From the NCBI RefSeq assembly GCF_000270205.1, contig NC_015913.1:780001-812000 (forward strand): a DNA stretch of 32,000 bases, read 5' to 3'. This DNA is from Candidatus Arthromitus sp. SFB-mouse-Japan (lineage in GTDB: Bacteria > Bacillota > Clostridia > Clostridiales > Clostridiaceae). This document shows positions 10,727 to 21,049 of this stretch, in pieces. The notes under the pieces are model-generated. The model was not told the DNA's origin. It saw nothing but the letters and a program-made list of their open reading frames with translations, and made no database searches. The first letter of the stretch is position 1; each line of letters begins with the position of its first letter. A program made the translations under genes and the position numbers.

Positions 10727-11636
10727 TTCAATTTACAAAAAAATAAATCATAATACAGTCTTATGTATTGGTAATTTTGATGGAGTACATAGTGTTCACC
10801 AGAAAATAATAAATAAAGTTATTAAAGATGCTAAAGAACATTCTTATAAAAGTATGGTTGTAACTTTTAAAGAACATCCTGTAGCGTTTCTAAATCCAAG
10901 TAAGGCTCCTAAGATATTGACGCCAATCGATGAAAAAATTCATATATTGGAGAATATGGGAGTCGATTATTTATGTTTATATGATTTTCTAGAAGTTAAA
11001 AATATTATAGCTAATCAGTTTATAACATATTTGACTAGCAATTATGGGATGAAAAAAATTATATGTGGATTTAACTTTAAATTTGGATATAAAAATCAGG
11101 GGAATATTCAATATTTAACTGAGCTAGGTAAGGAACTTGGTTATGAAACAGAAGTTGTTGAATTATTGAATTTATATAACAAAAAGATAAGCAGTACGAA
11201 GATAAGGGTTTATATCAAGTATGGTGAGATAGAAAAAGCTAATAAATTTTTAGGTAGATTCTTCAATATTACAGGTGTAGTTATTCGTGGGAAACAATTA
11301 GGTAGAAAATTGGGATTTCCAACTGCAAATTTAAAATATGATGCTAAATTTTGTATACCACAAAATGGAGTATATGCAACCATAACAGAATTTGACGCTC
11401 GTAGATATATATCTATGACTAATATCGGTTATAATCCTACCTTTAGGAACAAATATATCTCTATTGAAACATTCATATTAGATTTTAAAGGTGATTTATA
11501 TGATAAAAAAATTAGAGTTAATTTTATAAAGAAATTACGTAATGAAATTTTGTTTTCGGACGTACATGCACTTATAGATCAACTTGAGAAGGATAAAATA
11601 GATTCCATAAATATAGTAAAAAAATATTTGAAATAA
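10713..11636 (+). CDS. ribF: Bifunctional riboflavin kinase / FMN adenylyltransferase
   Basis: N-terminal FAD synthetase motif (IGNFDGVHSVHQ) and C-terminal riboflavin kinase motifs (GRKLGFPTANL, MTNIGYNPTF). Overlaps truB by 14 nt. Confidence 0.93.
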   Translation: MQIINSIYKKINHNTVLCIGNFDGVHSVHQKIINKVIKDAKEHSYKSMVVTFKEHPVAFLNPSKAPKILTPIDEKIHILENMGVDYLCLYDFLEVKNIIANQFITYLTSNYGMKKIICGFNFKFGYKNQGNIQYLTELGKELGYETEVVELLNLYNKKISSTKIRVYIKYGEIEKANKFLGRFFNITGVVIRGKQLGRKLGFPTANLKYDAKFCIPQNGVYATITEFDARRYISMTNIGYNPTFRNKYISIETFILDFKGDLYDKKIRVNFIKKLRNEILFSDVHALIDQLEKDKIDSINIVKKYLK

Positions 11637-11736
11637 ATTAAATATTTGCTATACTTAACTTATGTAAACCTTGAACTAGGTTTTAGCATTGGGGGCTATA
11701 ACTTGGTTTTGGGCGATTTATTAGGAGGATAATTTT

Positions 11737-12003
11737 ATGATAAATAAAGAGAAAAAGCAAGAAATAATTAGAGAGTATTCAAGACACGAAAAAGATACAG
11801 GATCGGTTGAAGTTCAAATAGCTTTACTTACTAAAAGAATTTCTGAATTAACGGAGCATTTAAAAATACATAAAAAAGATCATCACTCAAGAAGAGGATT
11901 GCTCATTATGGTTGGTAAAAGAAGAGGTTTGTTGAATTATTTAATGAAACAAGATATTAATAAGTATAGAGGTCTTATTAAAGATTTAGGAATTAGAAGA
12001 TAA
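11737..12003 (+). CDS. rpsO: 30S ribosomal protein S15
   Basis: 88 aa. [59 protein letters not shown]. Confidence 0.97.
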   Translation: MINKEKKQEIIREYSRHEKDTGSVEVQIALLTKRISELTEHLKIHKKDHHSRRGLLIMVGKRRGLLNYLMKQDINKYRGLIKDLGIRR

Positions 12004-12024
12004 GTTGTTTTAAGTTATTTATGG

Positions 12025-12058
12025 TAAGAGCGGTTTTTTTATCCGCTCTTAAATTTAT
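12025..12058 (+). terminator. Rho-independent terminator after rpsO (upstream of pnp)
   Basis: TAAGAGCGG (12025-12033) pairs with CCGCTCTTA (12043-12051). Loop TTTTTTTAT, followed by AATTTATAT. Confidence 0.75.
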
Positions 12059-12085
12059 ATAAAATCGAAAAGGAGGAAATGTTTA

Positions 12086-14200
12086 GTGCTAGACATTTTA
12101 GAGACTGTATTTGAAGGTAGAAAGTTGTCCCTTAAACTCGGTGATTTGGGTATGTTATCAAATACGTCGATTATTGTTAGTTACGGAGATACATGTGTTC
12201 TCGTAAATGTTAATGCTTCTGAAAAACCAAGGGAAGGAATAGATTTTTTTCCACTAAGTGTTGAATATGAGGAGAGATTATATTCTGTTGGTAAAATTCC
12301 AGGAGGATTTATAAAAAGAGAGGGAAAACCATCCACTCAAGCTATATTGAATGGGAGAGCTATTGATAGACCATTAAGGCCATTATTTCCTAAGGGGTAC
12401 AGAAATGATGTTCAAGTAGTTTGTACAGTAATGTCTGTGGAAAATGATAATTTACCAGAAATTTTAGCTATTAATGCATCCTCATTAGCATTGTGTATAT
12501 CTAATATTCCTTACACTGAACCTGTTGGAGCAGTCATGGTAGGATTAGTTCATGGAGAGTTTGTAATAAACCCTACATCTAAACAAAGAGAAGAAACTAT
12601 ATTAAATTTAACAGTATGTGCAACTAGAGAAAGAGTGATAATGATTGAAGCTGGCGGTTGTGAAATACCAGAAGATATTATGTATGATGCAATAAAGTTT
12701 GGATTTGATGCTTGTCAGAAATTAATTAAATTTCAACTAGATGCCGTTGAAAAATATGGTAAGGATAAAATTGAACCAGAGCTTTATTCAGTTTCTGATG
12801 ATATAGCTGAGGAAGTACATAAATTTTGTTATGATAAAATTAAGAGTGTCATGTATACGACTGATAAGATTGAACGAGCAGAGGTAATGGGTGACCTTAA
12901 AAATGAAATTAGTGATCATTTTAAAGAAATATATCCAGATAATATGTTAGATGTAAACTACATTGTTAATAATATTCAAAAAGAAATTGTTAGAAAAATG
13001 ATATTGGATGAAAATAGGAGACCTGATGGTAGAGATTTTGATGAAATAAGGCCTATATCATGTGATATATCCATACTTCCTAGAACTCACGGGACAGGAT
13101 TATTTACGAGGGGACTCACCCAGGTATTAACTATAGCAACTCTTGGACCACTTGCTGATGTTCAAATTATTGATGGAATTGGTGAAGAAGAGTATAAGAG
13201 ATATATGCATCATTATAATTTTCCATCATATAGCGTTGGAGAAGTTAAGCCACTCAGAGGACCTGGAAGACGTGAGATAGGACATGGAGCTTTAGCAGAA
13301 AAAGCCCTTGAGCCATTAATACCTCCAACAGAAGAATTTCCATACACAATACGATTAGTATCAGAAGTTTTAAGTTCGAATGGTTCAACATCTCAAGCAT
13401 CTGTTTGTGGAAGTACACTTGCATTACTTGATGCAGGAGTTCCTATAAAAAGACCAGCAGCAGGTATTGCGATTGGATTATTTACTAATGATGATTTAAC
13501 TAGAGAGGAAATTTTAACTGATATACAAGGTGTAGAGGATTTTTTTGGAGATATGGATTTTAAAGTTGCTGGGACAGAAAAAGGAATAACAGCAATTCAA
13601 GTTGATACAAAGATAAGAGGATTGTCTTGGGATTGTATTAAAAAGAGTTTAGAATCTGCTAGGAAGGCTAGGCTTGAAATTTTAGATAAAATAAATAAAT
13701 GTATTCCAAAACATAAATCCAGTTTATCTGAGTATGCTCCTAAAACAAAGATTATAAAAATTGATCCAGATAAGATAAGGGATGTAATAGGTATTGGCGG
13801 TAAAGTTATAAATAAAATTATCTCTGACGCTAATCTTAAAAAGCAAGCTATACATATAGAAGATGATGGACGTATATTTATATCTGATTATGATGTTAAC
13901 AAAATTGATTATGCATTAAACCAAATAGAGATTATTACAAAAGAGATTAAAGTTGGGGAAGTTTATCTTGGAAAGGTTGTTAAGATAACAAGTTTTGGTG
14001 CTTTTGTAGATATTTTTAATGGTAAAGAAGGATTAGTTCATATTTCTAAGCTTTCTAATAAAAAGTTTAATAAAGTTGAGGATACTGTTTCAGTTGGTGA
14101 TGAAATACTGGTTAAGGTAATTGATATTGATTCACATGGAAGAATTAATTTATCTAGGAAAGATATTTTAGATAACAAACAAGAACAAAAAGATAATTGA
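12086..14200 (+). CDS. pnp: Polyribonucleotide nucleotidyltransferase (PNPase)
   Basis: GTG start with RBS AAGGAGGA. Two RNase PH domains ([36 protein letters not shown]). KH domain ([15 protein letters not shown]). S1 domain ([20 protein letters not shown]). Confidence 0.97.
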   Translation: MLDILETVFEGRKLSLKLGDLGMLSNTSIIVSYGDTCVLVNVNASEKPREGIDFFPLSVEYEERLYSVGKIPGGFIKREGKPSTQAILNGRAIDRPLRPLFPKGYRNDVQVVCTVMSVENDNLPEILAINASSLALCISNIPYTEPVGAVMVGLVHGEFVINPTSKQREETILNLTVCATRERVIMIEAGGCEIPEDIMYDAIKFGFDACQKLIKFQLDAVEKYGKDKIEPELYSVSDDIAEEVHKFCYDKIKSVMYTTDKIERAEVMGDLKNEISDHFKEIYPDNMLDVNYIVNNIQKEIVRKMILDENRRPDGRDFDEIRPISCDISILPRTHGTGLFTRGLTQVLTIATLGPLADVQIIDGIGEEEYKRYMHHYNFPSYSVGEVKPLRGPGRREIGHGALAEKALEPLIPPTEEFPYTIRLVSEVLSSNGSTSQASVCGSTLALLDAGVPIKRPAAGIAIGLFTNDDLTREEILTDIQGVEDFFGDMDFKVAGTEKGITAIQVDTKIRGLSWDCIKKSLESARKARLEILDKINKCIPKHKSSLSEYAPKTKIIKIDPDKIRDVIGIGGKVINKIISDANLKKQAIHIEDDGRIFISDYDVNKIDYALNQIEIITKEIKVGEVYLGKVVKITSFGAFVDIFNGKEGLVHISKLSNKKFNKVEDTVSVGDEILVKVIDIDSHGRINLSRKDILDNKQEQKDN

Positions 14201-14230
14201 AGTGATAGAATAGAATAATTTTTTACGAGA

Positions 14231-14269
14231 AGGCAAGAGATTGAATATCCTTGCTATTTTTATTTTTTT
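14231..14269 (+). terminator. Weak terminator-like hairpin after pnp
   Basis: GGCAAG (14232-14237) pairs with CTTGCT (14250-14255), including one G-U pair. Followed by the long T-tract ATTTTTATTTTTTT. The stem is short, so this is tentative. Confidence 0.4.
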
Positions 14270-14320
14270 AAGTACTAAAAAATAAAAAAAACAATACCTT
14301 ATATTAGGAGGTAGATACCC

Positions 14321-14608
14321 ATGCATAAAAAAGATAAACTTTATAGTGATATACAACGCTATGAAATTATTAATATAAATGATGCTGAGAAATATGGATG
14401 TTTATTTAATCATGATTTGATTATTGATAGGTATGGAAATTTTAAATTTATAGCTTTGAGTTTGGGAAGAGTAGGAAATCCATTTTTTAAAACTTCAAAG
14501 CAATTTTGTAAAATACCGTGGAATTCAATTAAAAAGATAGGAAGCAAAACAATTATAATTGATTTTGATAATATAGATGAAAATTTACTTGATTCAGATG
14601 TTTATTAA
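14321..14608 (+). CDS. YlmC/YmxH family (PRC-barrel) sporulation-associated protein
   Basis: 95 aa. YEIININDAEKYGCLFNHDLIIDRYGNFKFIAL...IPWNSIKKIGSKTIIID fits the YmxH/YlmC pattern. Strong RBS AGGAGG. In Bacillus, ymxH lies in the same pnp-to-dapG neighbourhood. Confidence 0.8.
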   Translation: MHKKDKLYSDIQRYEIININDAEKYGCLFNHDLIIDRYGNFKFIALSLGRVGNPFFKTSKQFCKIPWNSIKKIGSKTIIIDFDNIDENLLDSDVY

Positions 14609-14632
14609 TTTAAAGATGGAGTTTGAATAACT

Positions 14633-15832
14633 ATGGAGCTTATATTACAAAAATTTGGTGGAACATCAGTACAAACAAAAAAATCTAGATTAATGTGTAT
14701 TAATAAAATAGAGCAATTTTTGGAAAATAATAATAAATTAGTTGTAGTTATATCAGCTATTGGTAGAAAGAATGATCCTTATTCAACAGATATGTTATTA
14801 TCATTGATTTCAAATGATTTTAAAAAAAGATATCCTAAATATATGGACAAACTTATAAGTTGTGGTGAAATAATTAGTGCAATAGTATTTGCATCAGAAC
14901 TTAGAGATAGGGATATAAATGCAATCCCTGTTGTTGGAAAGGATATTGGAATAGTTACTGATGATAATTTTGGAAATGCTAGTATTTTAAATATAAATAC
15001 AGAGAAAATAGTTTCTTTATTAAATGATGGTATTATACCAATAATTGCTGGATTTCAAGGAGTAACATGTGATGGCGATATAACAACTCTTGGCAGAGGT
15101 GGAAGTGATATATCTGCTGTTAAGTTAGCTGAAGTTTTAGGATGTAATAAAGTTCAATTTTTTAAAGATGTCGATGGACTTATGACTGTAGATCCTAAGA
15201 TAGTTGTTAATGCGAAATCTATTGATGAAATAAGTTATAAAGAATTATTTGAATTATCTATATTTGGAAATAATATTATTCATCCAAAGGCTGTTAAAAT
15301 TGCCATGGATAATAATATACCTATTATTATCAAGAATACATTTAATGATTTTAAAGGTACTATCATAAATAATAATTCAAGAGATAATGATGATATATTT
15401 AAAGGAATGACTTATCTTAAAGACTGTATTCAAATAAAAATATCTAGAGATGAAAATGAAGATAATCAAAATTATTATAAGGTATTTCAAGAAATATCAA
15501 CTAAGAATATAGTAATTGATTTTATAAATATTTTTACGGATCATAAGGTGTTTACTATATATAAAAACAATTTTGACGATATTATAAAAATTTTAAATAA
15601 TTATAATTTAAAATATAAAATTATAGAAAATTGTTCTAAAATTGGTATAGTTAAAGCAAATCTTAAAAATATTTCTATAACTATGGCTAAACTTATTGAA
15701 CTCCTTCATAGAGAAAATATTGAAGTTATGCAAACAAATCATTCTAATATGAGTATTTGGTTACTTGTTAAGAATGATGATCTTGACAGGAGTCTTAATG
15801 CAATTCATAATAATTTCTTTATTAATAAATAA
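14633..15832 (+). CDS. dapG: Aspartate kinase (DapG-type, about 400 aa, monofunctional)
   Basis: KFGGTSV kinase N-terminus, LGRGGSDISAV, and a C-terminal ACT-like region. No upstream riboswitch is possible because the gap to the preceding gene is only 24 nt. Confidence 0.88.
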   Translation: MELILQKFGGTSVQTKKSRLMCINKIEQFLENNNKLVVVISAIGRKNDPYSTDMLLSLISNDFKKRYPKYMDKLISCGEIISAIVFASELRDRDINAIPVVGKDIGIVTDDNFGNASILNINTEKIVSLLNDGIIPIIAGFQGVTCDGDITTLGRGGSDISAVKLAEVLGCNKVQFFKDVDGLMTVDPKIVVNAKSIDEISYKELFELSIFGNNIIHPKAVKIAMDNNIPIIIKNTFNDFKGTIINNNSRDNDDIFKGMTYLKDCIQIKISRDENEDNQNYYKVFQEISTKNIVIDFINIFTDHKVFTIYKNNFDDIIKILNNYNLKYKIIENCSKIGIVKANLKNISITMAKLIELLHRENIEVMQTNHSNMSIWLLVKNDDLDRSLNAIHNNFFINK

Positions 15833-15875
15833 AAATTAGCAAGTTTAATATGAACTTGCTAATTTTTATTTTTTG
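15833..15875 (+). terminator. Rho-independent terminator after aspartokinase
   Basis: AAATTAGCAAGTT (15833-15845) pairs with AACTTGCTAATTT (15853-15865). Loop TAATATG, followed by TTATTTTTT. Confidence 0.85.
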
Positions 15876-15945
15876 TATAAATTAAATATTTGTTCACAAA
15901 ATAGTAATGAGTATTTTTGTTTAGTAATTGAAAGGAGCAAACTTT

Positions 15946-16746
15946 ATGTTTTATGATATGCCTAGTATTTATAAGAATGCTTTCCAATTTTTATCTGCCA
16001 CAGGACAATTAGGAGATGGTAAAGATCAAAAGTCAGATCCAACAGAAACTGCAAAAAATATTAAAGATTTTGGAATGATTGAAGTTGTAAATTCTCAGGA
16101 TCCAGCCAATTATATACAGACAATAAATATAATTGGACAAATTGAAGGACATGGTGTTGCATCACCTCAAACTAAGAGCACTAAGTATGAACATGTTATA
16201 CCTCAACTGATTGCAATGGAACAAAATCCAAACGTAAGAGGAGTTCTTATAACTTTAAATACTCTTGGAGGAGATGTTGAGGCTGGACTTGCTATAGCTG
16301 AAATGATAAATAGTTTAAGTATGCCTACAGTATCATTGGTTTTAGGTGGAAGTCATTCTATTGGAGTTCCGCTTGCAACTGCATCAGATTATGCATTTAT
16401 AACGCCATCTGCAACGATGATATTACATCCTATTAGAATGAATGGTCTTATCATTGGTGTTCCACAAACTTTTGATTACTTTAAGAAGATGCAAGAGAGA
16501 ATTAATGATTTTATTGTTAGGACAAGTAGTATTAAAAATGATATTTTAGATAAGTTATTACAACAAACTGGAGATTTATTAAATGATATGGGTACTATTT
16601 TGATTGGACAAGAGGCCGTTGATGTTGGATTGATTGAGGAAGTTGGAGGAATAACTGATGCACTTAAAAAGTTAAATTCCATGATTAAAGATAGAGAGAA
16701 TGAAAAGGAAAATAAAGCTTCTGAAGAGAATAAAAAAGATAAGTAA
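15946..16746 (+). CDS. tepA: ClpP-family translocation-enhancing protein TepA
   Basis: ClpP-like fold: LNTLGGDVEAGLAIAEMI, GGSHSIGVPL, MILHPIR. I prefer the ATG at 15946 (MFYDMP...), 8 nt after the RBS AAAGGAG (15931-15937). The ORF-track TTG at 15928 overlaps that RBS. Same position relative to ftsK/spoIIIE as B. subtilis tepA. Confidence 0.85.
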   Translation: MFYDMPSIYKNAFQFLSATGQLGDGKDQKSDPTETAKNIKDFGMIEVVNSQDPANYIQTINIIGQIEGHGVASPQTKSTKYEHVIPQLIAMEQNPNVRGVLITLNTLGGDVEAGLAIAEMINSLSMPTVSLVLGGSHSIGVPLATASDYAFITPSATMILHPIRMNGLIIGVPQTFDYFKKMQERINDFIVRTSSIKNDILDKLLQQTGDLLNDMGTILIGQEAVDVGLIEEVGGITDALKKLNSMIKDRENEKENKASEENKKDK

Positions 16747-16856
16747 TTTATTATTGAAATAACTGTATATTTATGACAAAATATTCTGTACTAAATAGTT
16801 CTTTTCAATAAGGTATGTATAAATTTGAAATAAATTTTAAAGAGGTTTTGGGAAAT

Positions 16857-19133
16857 ATGAGCAAAATATCTAATGTAGACAAAAAGAAAGAAATTATAGG
16901 AGTTATATTAATTTTAATTGCATTATTGCTGTTAATAGGATTTTATAGTAACACAGATGCGTTTTTATTGGTTTTTATAAGAAATTTAGTTAATAATGGA
17001 ATTGGCGTTGGAGGATATGTATTGCCTATTATAGTAGGATTTATTGGCATAGGACTTATAACAAAAAAAAAGATTAGCAATCTTAACAAAAAGTTTTATG
17101 CACTTATTAGTTTTTTGATAATGATATATCTTATTATAAGTTTAGTTACTTTGGATAAATTTAATGGTAAAACATATCTTTCTACTCTTCAAGCTGTTAT
17201 GTCAAGTACATCTAATTTTCATGGTGGAGTTCTTGGTATTACTGTAATGCGTTTATTTAAATCATTTATTGGATTTGCTGGTAGTTTAGCTTTACTTATT
17301 ACAATTCTTGTTATTAGTATAATACTTATATTTGATAAATCTTTATATGATATTGCACAAATTATCAAAAAAAAAATAAATAGGATTTCCAATAAAAGGG
17401 ATGATATAAATTCTAAATCTAAGTTAGATAACTTAACAAATACGAAAAATAATGATATAAATTTTAACAAGAAGAAAAAAAGTAATGCATCTATAGTTAA
17501 GTTCTTATCTAAGTCATTATCCATTGAAGAACCTCAAGAAATTTCAAATATTATTAAAAAAGAACCTGATGTGGAATTTGCAGAAGAAGTTTGTGAAGAA
17601 CCTATCGTTAAAAATGTTGTTGAAGAAGATATTGTTAAAGAAAATTATAATAAAAATGAATTAATTTCTAATGATTTAAAAAAGACATATGAAGTTAAGA
17701 ATGAATATAAAAGAATTAGTTATGATGATATTAACAATGCACTTGAGGATACTGATATAAATGATTTTAATGAAGTTTCTGAGGAACTTAAGCGAAAAAA
17801 GGATTTACTTCAAAAAACATTAGATGATTTTAAAGTAAAAGCTGAAATTAAAAATGTTCAAAAAGGACCTGCAGTAACTAGATATGAGATAGAACCACAC
17901 AAAGGTGTGAAAGTTAGTAAGATATTGAATTTATCAGATGATATAGCACTAGCACTTGCTACTAGTGGAATAAGAATTGAAGCTCCTATACCTGGGAAAT
18001 CCCTTGTAGGAATTGAAGTTCCAAATGATGTTGTTTCTATGATAAAATTAAAAGAGATCATAAATTCTGAAGAATTCGACTCTTCTAAACTTAAAATTAG
18101 CATTGGACTTGGTAAGGATATAAGTGGTAAAAGTATTGTTGCAGATCTTGCGACTATGCCCCACTTACTAATTGCTGGTGCAACTGGTTCAGGTAAATCA
18201 GTTTGTATAAATACAATTTTGATAAGTATATTATGTAAGTATCTTCCTGATCAAGTCAAAATTATACTTATTGACCCTAAGGTTGTTGAACTTAATGTTT
18301 ATAATGGAATTCCTCATCTATTGATTCCAGTTGTAACAGATCCTAAAAAAGCATCTCACGCTTTAAATTGGGCAATAAGTGAGATGACAAGTAGATATAA
18401 TAAATTTGCTGAAAAAGGGGTTAGAAATATAGATAGCTACAATGAGTTATATAATAATGGAGAAATTGATGAGAAAATACCGTACATAGTTATTGTAATT
18501 GATGAGCTTGCTGACCTTATGATGGTTTGTCATAATGAGGTTGAAGATGCTATAGCTCGACTTGCACAAATGGCTCGTGCTGCAGGAATGCATCTGGTAA
18601 TAGCGACTCAAAGACCATCTGTTGATGTTATTACTGGTGTTATAAAAGCTAATATACCTTCTAGGATATCATTTTCTGTTTCGAGTTCTATAGATTCACG
18701 TACAATTTTAGATCAATCTGGAGCTGAAAAATTATTAGGGCGTGGAGATATGTTGTTTTATCCTATGGGTTATTTGAAACCTCAACGTATACAGGGTGCG
18801 TTTATCTCAGAGTCTGAAGTTGAAAAATTTGTAAATAGCATAAAGAACAACTATGAATCAAAAGTTGAGTATAATGAAGAAATTATTGAGCATATAAACA
18901 ATGCAACTTCAAAAGTTGAGCTTGGAAGTTTTAAAGGAGATGAGTTGTTAGAAGAAGCTATAAAGATAGTTGTACAATCTAATAATACAAGCACCTCATT
19001 TATTCAGAGAAAACTTAAAATTGGATATAATAGAGCAGCAAATTTAATGGAAGAAATTGAAGCTAGGGGTATTATTGGAATAGGTTCATCTGGTAAAAAG
19101 GAAGTTTTAGTTAGAGAAGAAGATTTATTTTAA
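16857..19133 (+). CDS. ftsK: DNA translocase FtsK/SpoIIIE
   Basis: N-terminal membrane segments and a K/N/E-rich linker. Walker A GATGSGKS, Walker B IVIVIDELADL, RAAGMHLVIATQRPS. Gamma winged-helix domain SFIQRKLKIGYNRAANLMEEIEARGIIG. Start ambiguous. The ATG at 16857 (MSKISNVDKKKEIIG...) has AGAGG 11 nt upstream. The ATG at 16815 has no convincing RBS. Confidence 0.94.
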   Translation: MSKISNVDKKKEIIGVILILIALLLLIGFYSNTDAFLLVFIRNLVNNGIGVGGYVLPIIVGFIGIGLITKKKISNLNKKFYALISFLIMIYLIISLVTLDKFNGKTYLSTLQAVMSSTSNFHGGVLGITVMRLFKSFIGFAGSLALLITILVISIILIFDKSLYDIAQIIKKKINRISNKRDDINSKSKLDNLTNTKNNDINFNKKKKSNASIVKFLSKSLSIEEPQEISNIIKKEPDVEFAEEVCEEPIVKNVVEEDIVKENYNKNELISNDLKKTYEVKNEYKRISYDDINNALEDTDINDFNEVSEELKRKKDLLQKTLDDFKVKAEIKNVQKGPAVTRYEIEPHKGVKVSKILNLSDDIALALATSGIRIEAPIPGKSLVGIEVPNDVVSMIKLKEIINSEEFDSSKLKISIGLGKDISGKSIVADLATMPHLLIAGATGSGKSVCINTILISILCKYLPDQVKIILIDPKVVELNVYNGIPHLLIPVVTDPKKASHALNWAISEMTSRYNKFAEKGVRNIDSYNELYNNGEIDEKIPYIVIVIDELADLMMVCHNEVEDAIARLAQMARAAGMHLVIATQRPSVDVITGVIKANIPSRISFSVSSSIDSRTILDQSGAEKLLGRGDMLFYPMGYLKPQRIQGAFISESEVEKFVNSIKNNYESKVEYNEEIIEHINNATSKVELGSFKGDELLEEAIKIVVQSNNTSTSFIQRKLKIGYNRAANLMEEIEARGIIGIGSSGKKEVLVREEDLF

Positions 19134-19143
19134 ATTATTTTTT

Positions 19144-20478
19144 ATGAGTGAGGAAGTAGAATTGAAAAATTTAAAATTAGGTGTTATAAGTCTTGGATGT
19201 GATAAAAATACTATTGATACAGAAATGTTTTTAGGAACTTTAGTTGATAAATTTGAAATTACATTAAATGAAGAAGCGGCAGATATTTTAATAATAAATA
19301 CATGTTCATTTATTGAGTCTGCAAAACAGGAGTCTATAGATACTATACTTGAGGCTGTTAAGTATAAATCTAAAAATTTAAAAGTATTAGTGGTTACTGG
19401 ATGTTTATCAAAAAGGTATGGTAAGGAGTTATTTGAAGAAATTCCAGAGATAGACATACTCCTAGGAGTTATGAATTATGATAACATTCTTAAATACATA
19501 GAAGATTTTATAAAAACTGGTAAAAGAATTATTGATAATGAAAATAAAGAAAATATAATATTTGAATCAAATAGAATTTTAACAACCCCTAAGCATTATG
19601 CCTATCTCAAAATATCCGAGGGATGTAATAATAATTGTACATTTTGTATAATTCCGAAGATTAGAGGACGTCATGTAAGTAGAAATATTGAAAGTTTAGT
19701 AAATGAGGGAAAGTTTCTTGCTGAACAGGGAATTAAAGAGCTTATATTAATAGCTCAAGATATAACTAAGTATGGTATTGATTTGTATGGGGAAAAGAAA
19801 CTTATACAACTTATTCGTGAATTATCTAACATAGATGGTATTAAATGGATAAGACTTCATTATGCTTATCCAGAGGATATAGATATTGATTTAATAGAAG
19901 AATTAAAGACAAATCCTAAGCTTTGCAAGTATATTGATATTCCGTTACAACATGTTAGTGATAAAATTTTGATAAGGATGGCAAGACATACAAGAAAAGA
20001 TAAGATTTATAAACTTATAAAAAATTTAAGAGATGTTCCTGATATTACTATAAGAACTTCTTTGATAGTAGGATTTCCTGGTGAAACTGATGAGGATTTT
20101 AAAATGCTTGAGGAGTTTATAGAACAAAAAAATATAGATAATATTGGTGTATTTACATATTCGCAAGAAGAGAATACGGCTGCTGCTACGTTCGATGATC
20201 AAGTTGATGAGAACATTAAGATTAAAAGGCGTAATAGAATTATGAGTATTCAACAAAATAATTCGAAGGAACTTCTTGAGAAAAAAATAGGAAGGATTTT
20301 TGAAGCTATTATTGATTCTAAGAACAATGATTATTATATTGGACGATTAAATTTTCAAAGTCCTGGAATTGATGGTATAATTTATATAAAATCTAGTCAT
20401 AATCTCAATATGGGAGAATTTGTTAATGTTAAAATCGTTTCTTGTATGGAATATGACTTTATAGGAGAGGTTATTTAA
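19144..20478 (+). CDS. rimO: Ribosomal protein S12 methylthiotransferase RimO (radical SAM)
   Basis: N-terminal SLGCDKNTIDTE (RimO-type rather than MiaB-type). Radical SAM cluster CNNNCTFC. C-terminal TRAM domain. Only 10 nt after the ftsK stop. Confidence 0.88.
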   Translation: MSEEVELKNLKLGVISLGCDKNTIDTEMFLGTLVDKFEITLNEEAADILIINTCSFIESAKQESIDTILEAVKYKSKNLKVLVVTGCLSKRYGKELFEEIPEIDILLGVMNYDNILKYIEDFIKTGKRIIDNENKENIIFESNRILTTPKHYAYLKISEGCNNNCTFCIIPKIRGRHVSRNIESLVNEGKFLAEQGIKELILIAQDITKYGIDLYGEKKLIQLIRELSNIDGIKWIRLHYAYPEDIDIDLIEELKTNPKLCKYIDIPLQHVSDKILIRMARHTRKDKIYKLIKNLRDVPDITIRTSLIVGFPGETDEDFKMLEEFIEQKNIDNIGVFTYSQEENTAAATFDDQVDENIKIKRRNRIMSIQQNNSKELLEKKIGRIFEAIIDSKNNDYYIGRLNFQSPGIDGIIYIKSSHNLNMGEFVNVKIVSCMEYDFIGEVI

Positions 20479-21047
20479 TGAATTTACCCAATAAATTAAC
20501 TATATTTAGGGTGTTATTGATACCTGTTTTTTTAATATTACTAAATTTAAATTCTAAAATAGGTGTTCTTGGAGCATTAACTGTTTTTATAATAGCATCT
20601 ATTACTGATCAATTAGATGGATATATTGCGAGAAAATATAAATTGATCACGGATTTCGGCAAGTTTATGGATCCTCTGGCAGATAAGTTATTAGTGTTAG
20701 CAGCATTTGTTTCTTTTGTAGATCTTGGTATAGTTGAATCTATACTAGTTATAGTTGTAATTTCCAGAGAATTTATTATTACAGGAATAAGACTTATATT
20801 AGCAACTAAGAGTGGAGAAGTTGTAGCTGCTAATATTTATGGTAAACTTAAAACTGTTTTTCAAATTTTGGCTATAATATTCCTTTTAATAGAATTATAT
20901 CTTATCAATTTTGTTAGTAATTCATTTTTTATAAGTGTAATACAAGTAATTGCAGATGCCGCATTTTACTTGTGCGTGATTCTAACTGTTTTATCCGGTT
21001 GGGATTACGTTAGGAAAAATATTAAAGTATTAAAGGAGAGTTTATAA
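20478..21047 (+). CDS. pgsA: CDP-diacylglycerol--glycerol-3-phosphate 3-phosphatidyltransferase
   Basis: CDP-alcohol phosphatidyltransferase motif [11 protein letters not shown]...[11 protein letters not shown]. Multiple membrane segments. TAATG overlap with rimO. Confidence 0.92.
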   Translation: MNLPNKLTIFRVLLIPVFLILLNLNSKIGVLGALTVFIIASITDQLDGYIARKYKLITDFGKFMDPLADKLLVLAAFVSFVDLGIVESILVIVVISREFIITGIRLILATKSGEVVAANIYGKLKTVFQILAIIFLLIELYLINFVSNSFFISVIQVIADAAFYLCVILTVLSGWDYVRKNIKVLKESL

Positions 21048-21049
21048 AA

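Noticed and set aside
11660-11670. TTATGTAAACC, which resembles the XerD-binding arm of Firmicute dif (TTATGTAAACT in the B. subtilis dif as I recall it), raising the possibility of a dif site near the Xer-family gene.
   Set aside because: The 17 nt upstream (TATTTGCTATA + CTTAAC) do not match a XerC arm or central region and lack the inverted ATAA partner. It is only a half-site in AT-rich DNA, located in the rpsO leader 13.7 kb from the recombinase.
14257-14288. A/T-only inverted repeat (TTTTTATTTTTT...AAAAAATAAAAA around AGTACT) between pnp and ymxH.
   Set aside because: It is simply the terminator T-tract facing an A-tract. Such a hairpin would be very weak and is common in genomes this AT-rich. 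I found no evidence of function beyond terminator or UP-element context.
14168-14356. 62-aa minus-strand ORF spanning the pnp-ymxH intergenic region.
   Set aside because: It overlaps the 3' end of pnp, the terminator/T-tract and the ymxH start. The sequence is F/I/L-rich, as expected from reading an A/T tract, and it has no RBS.
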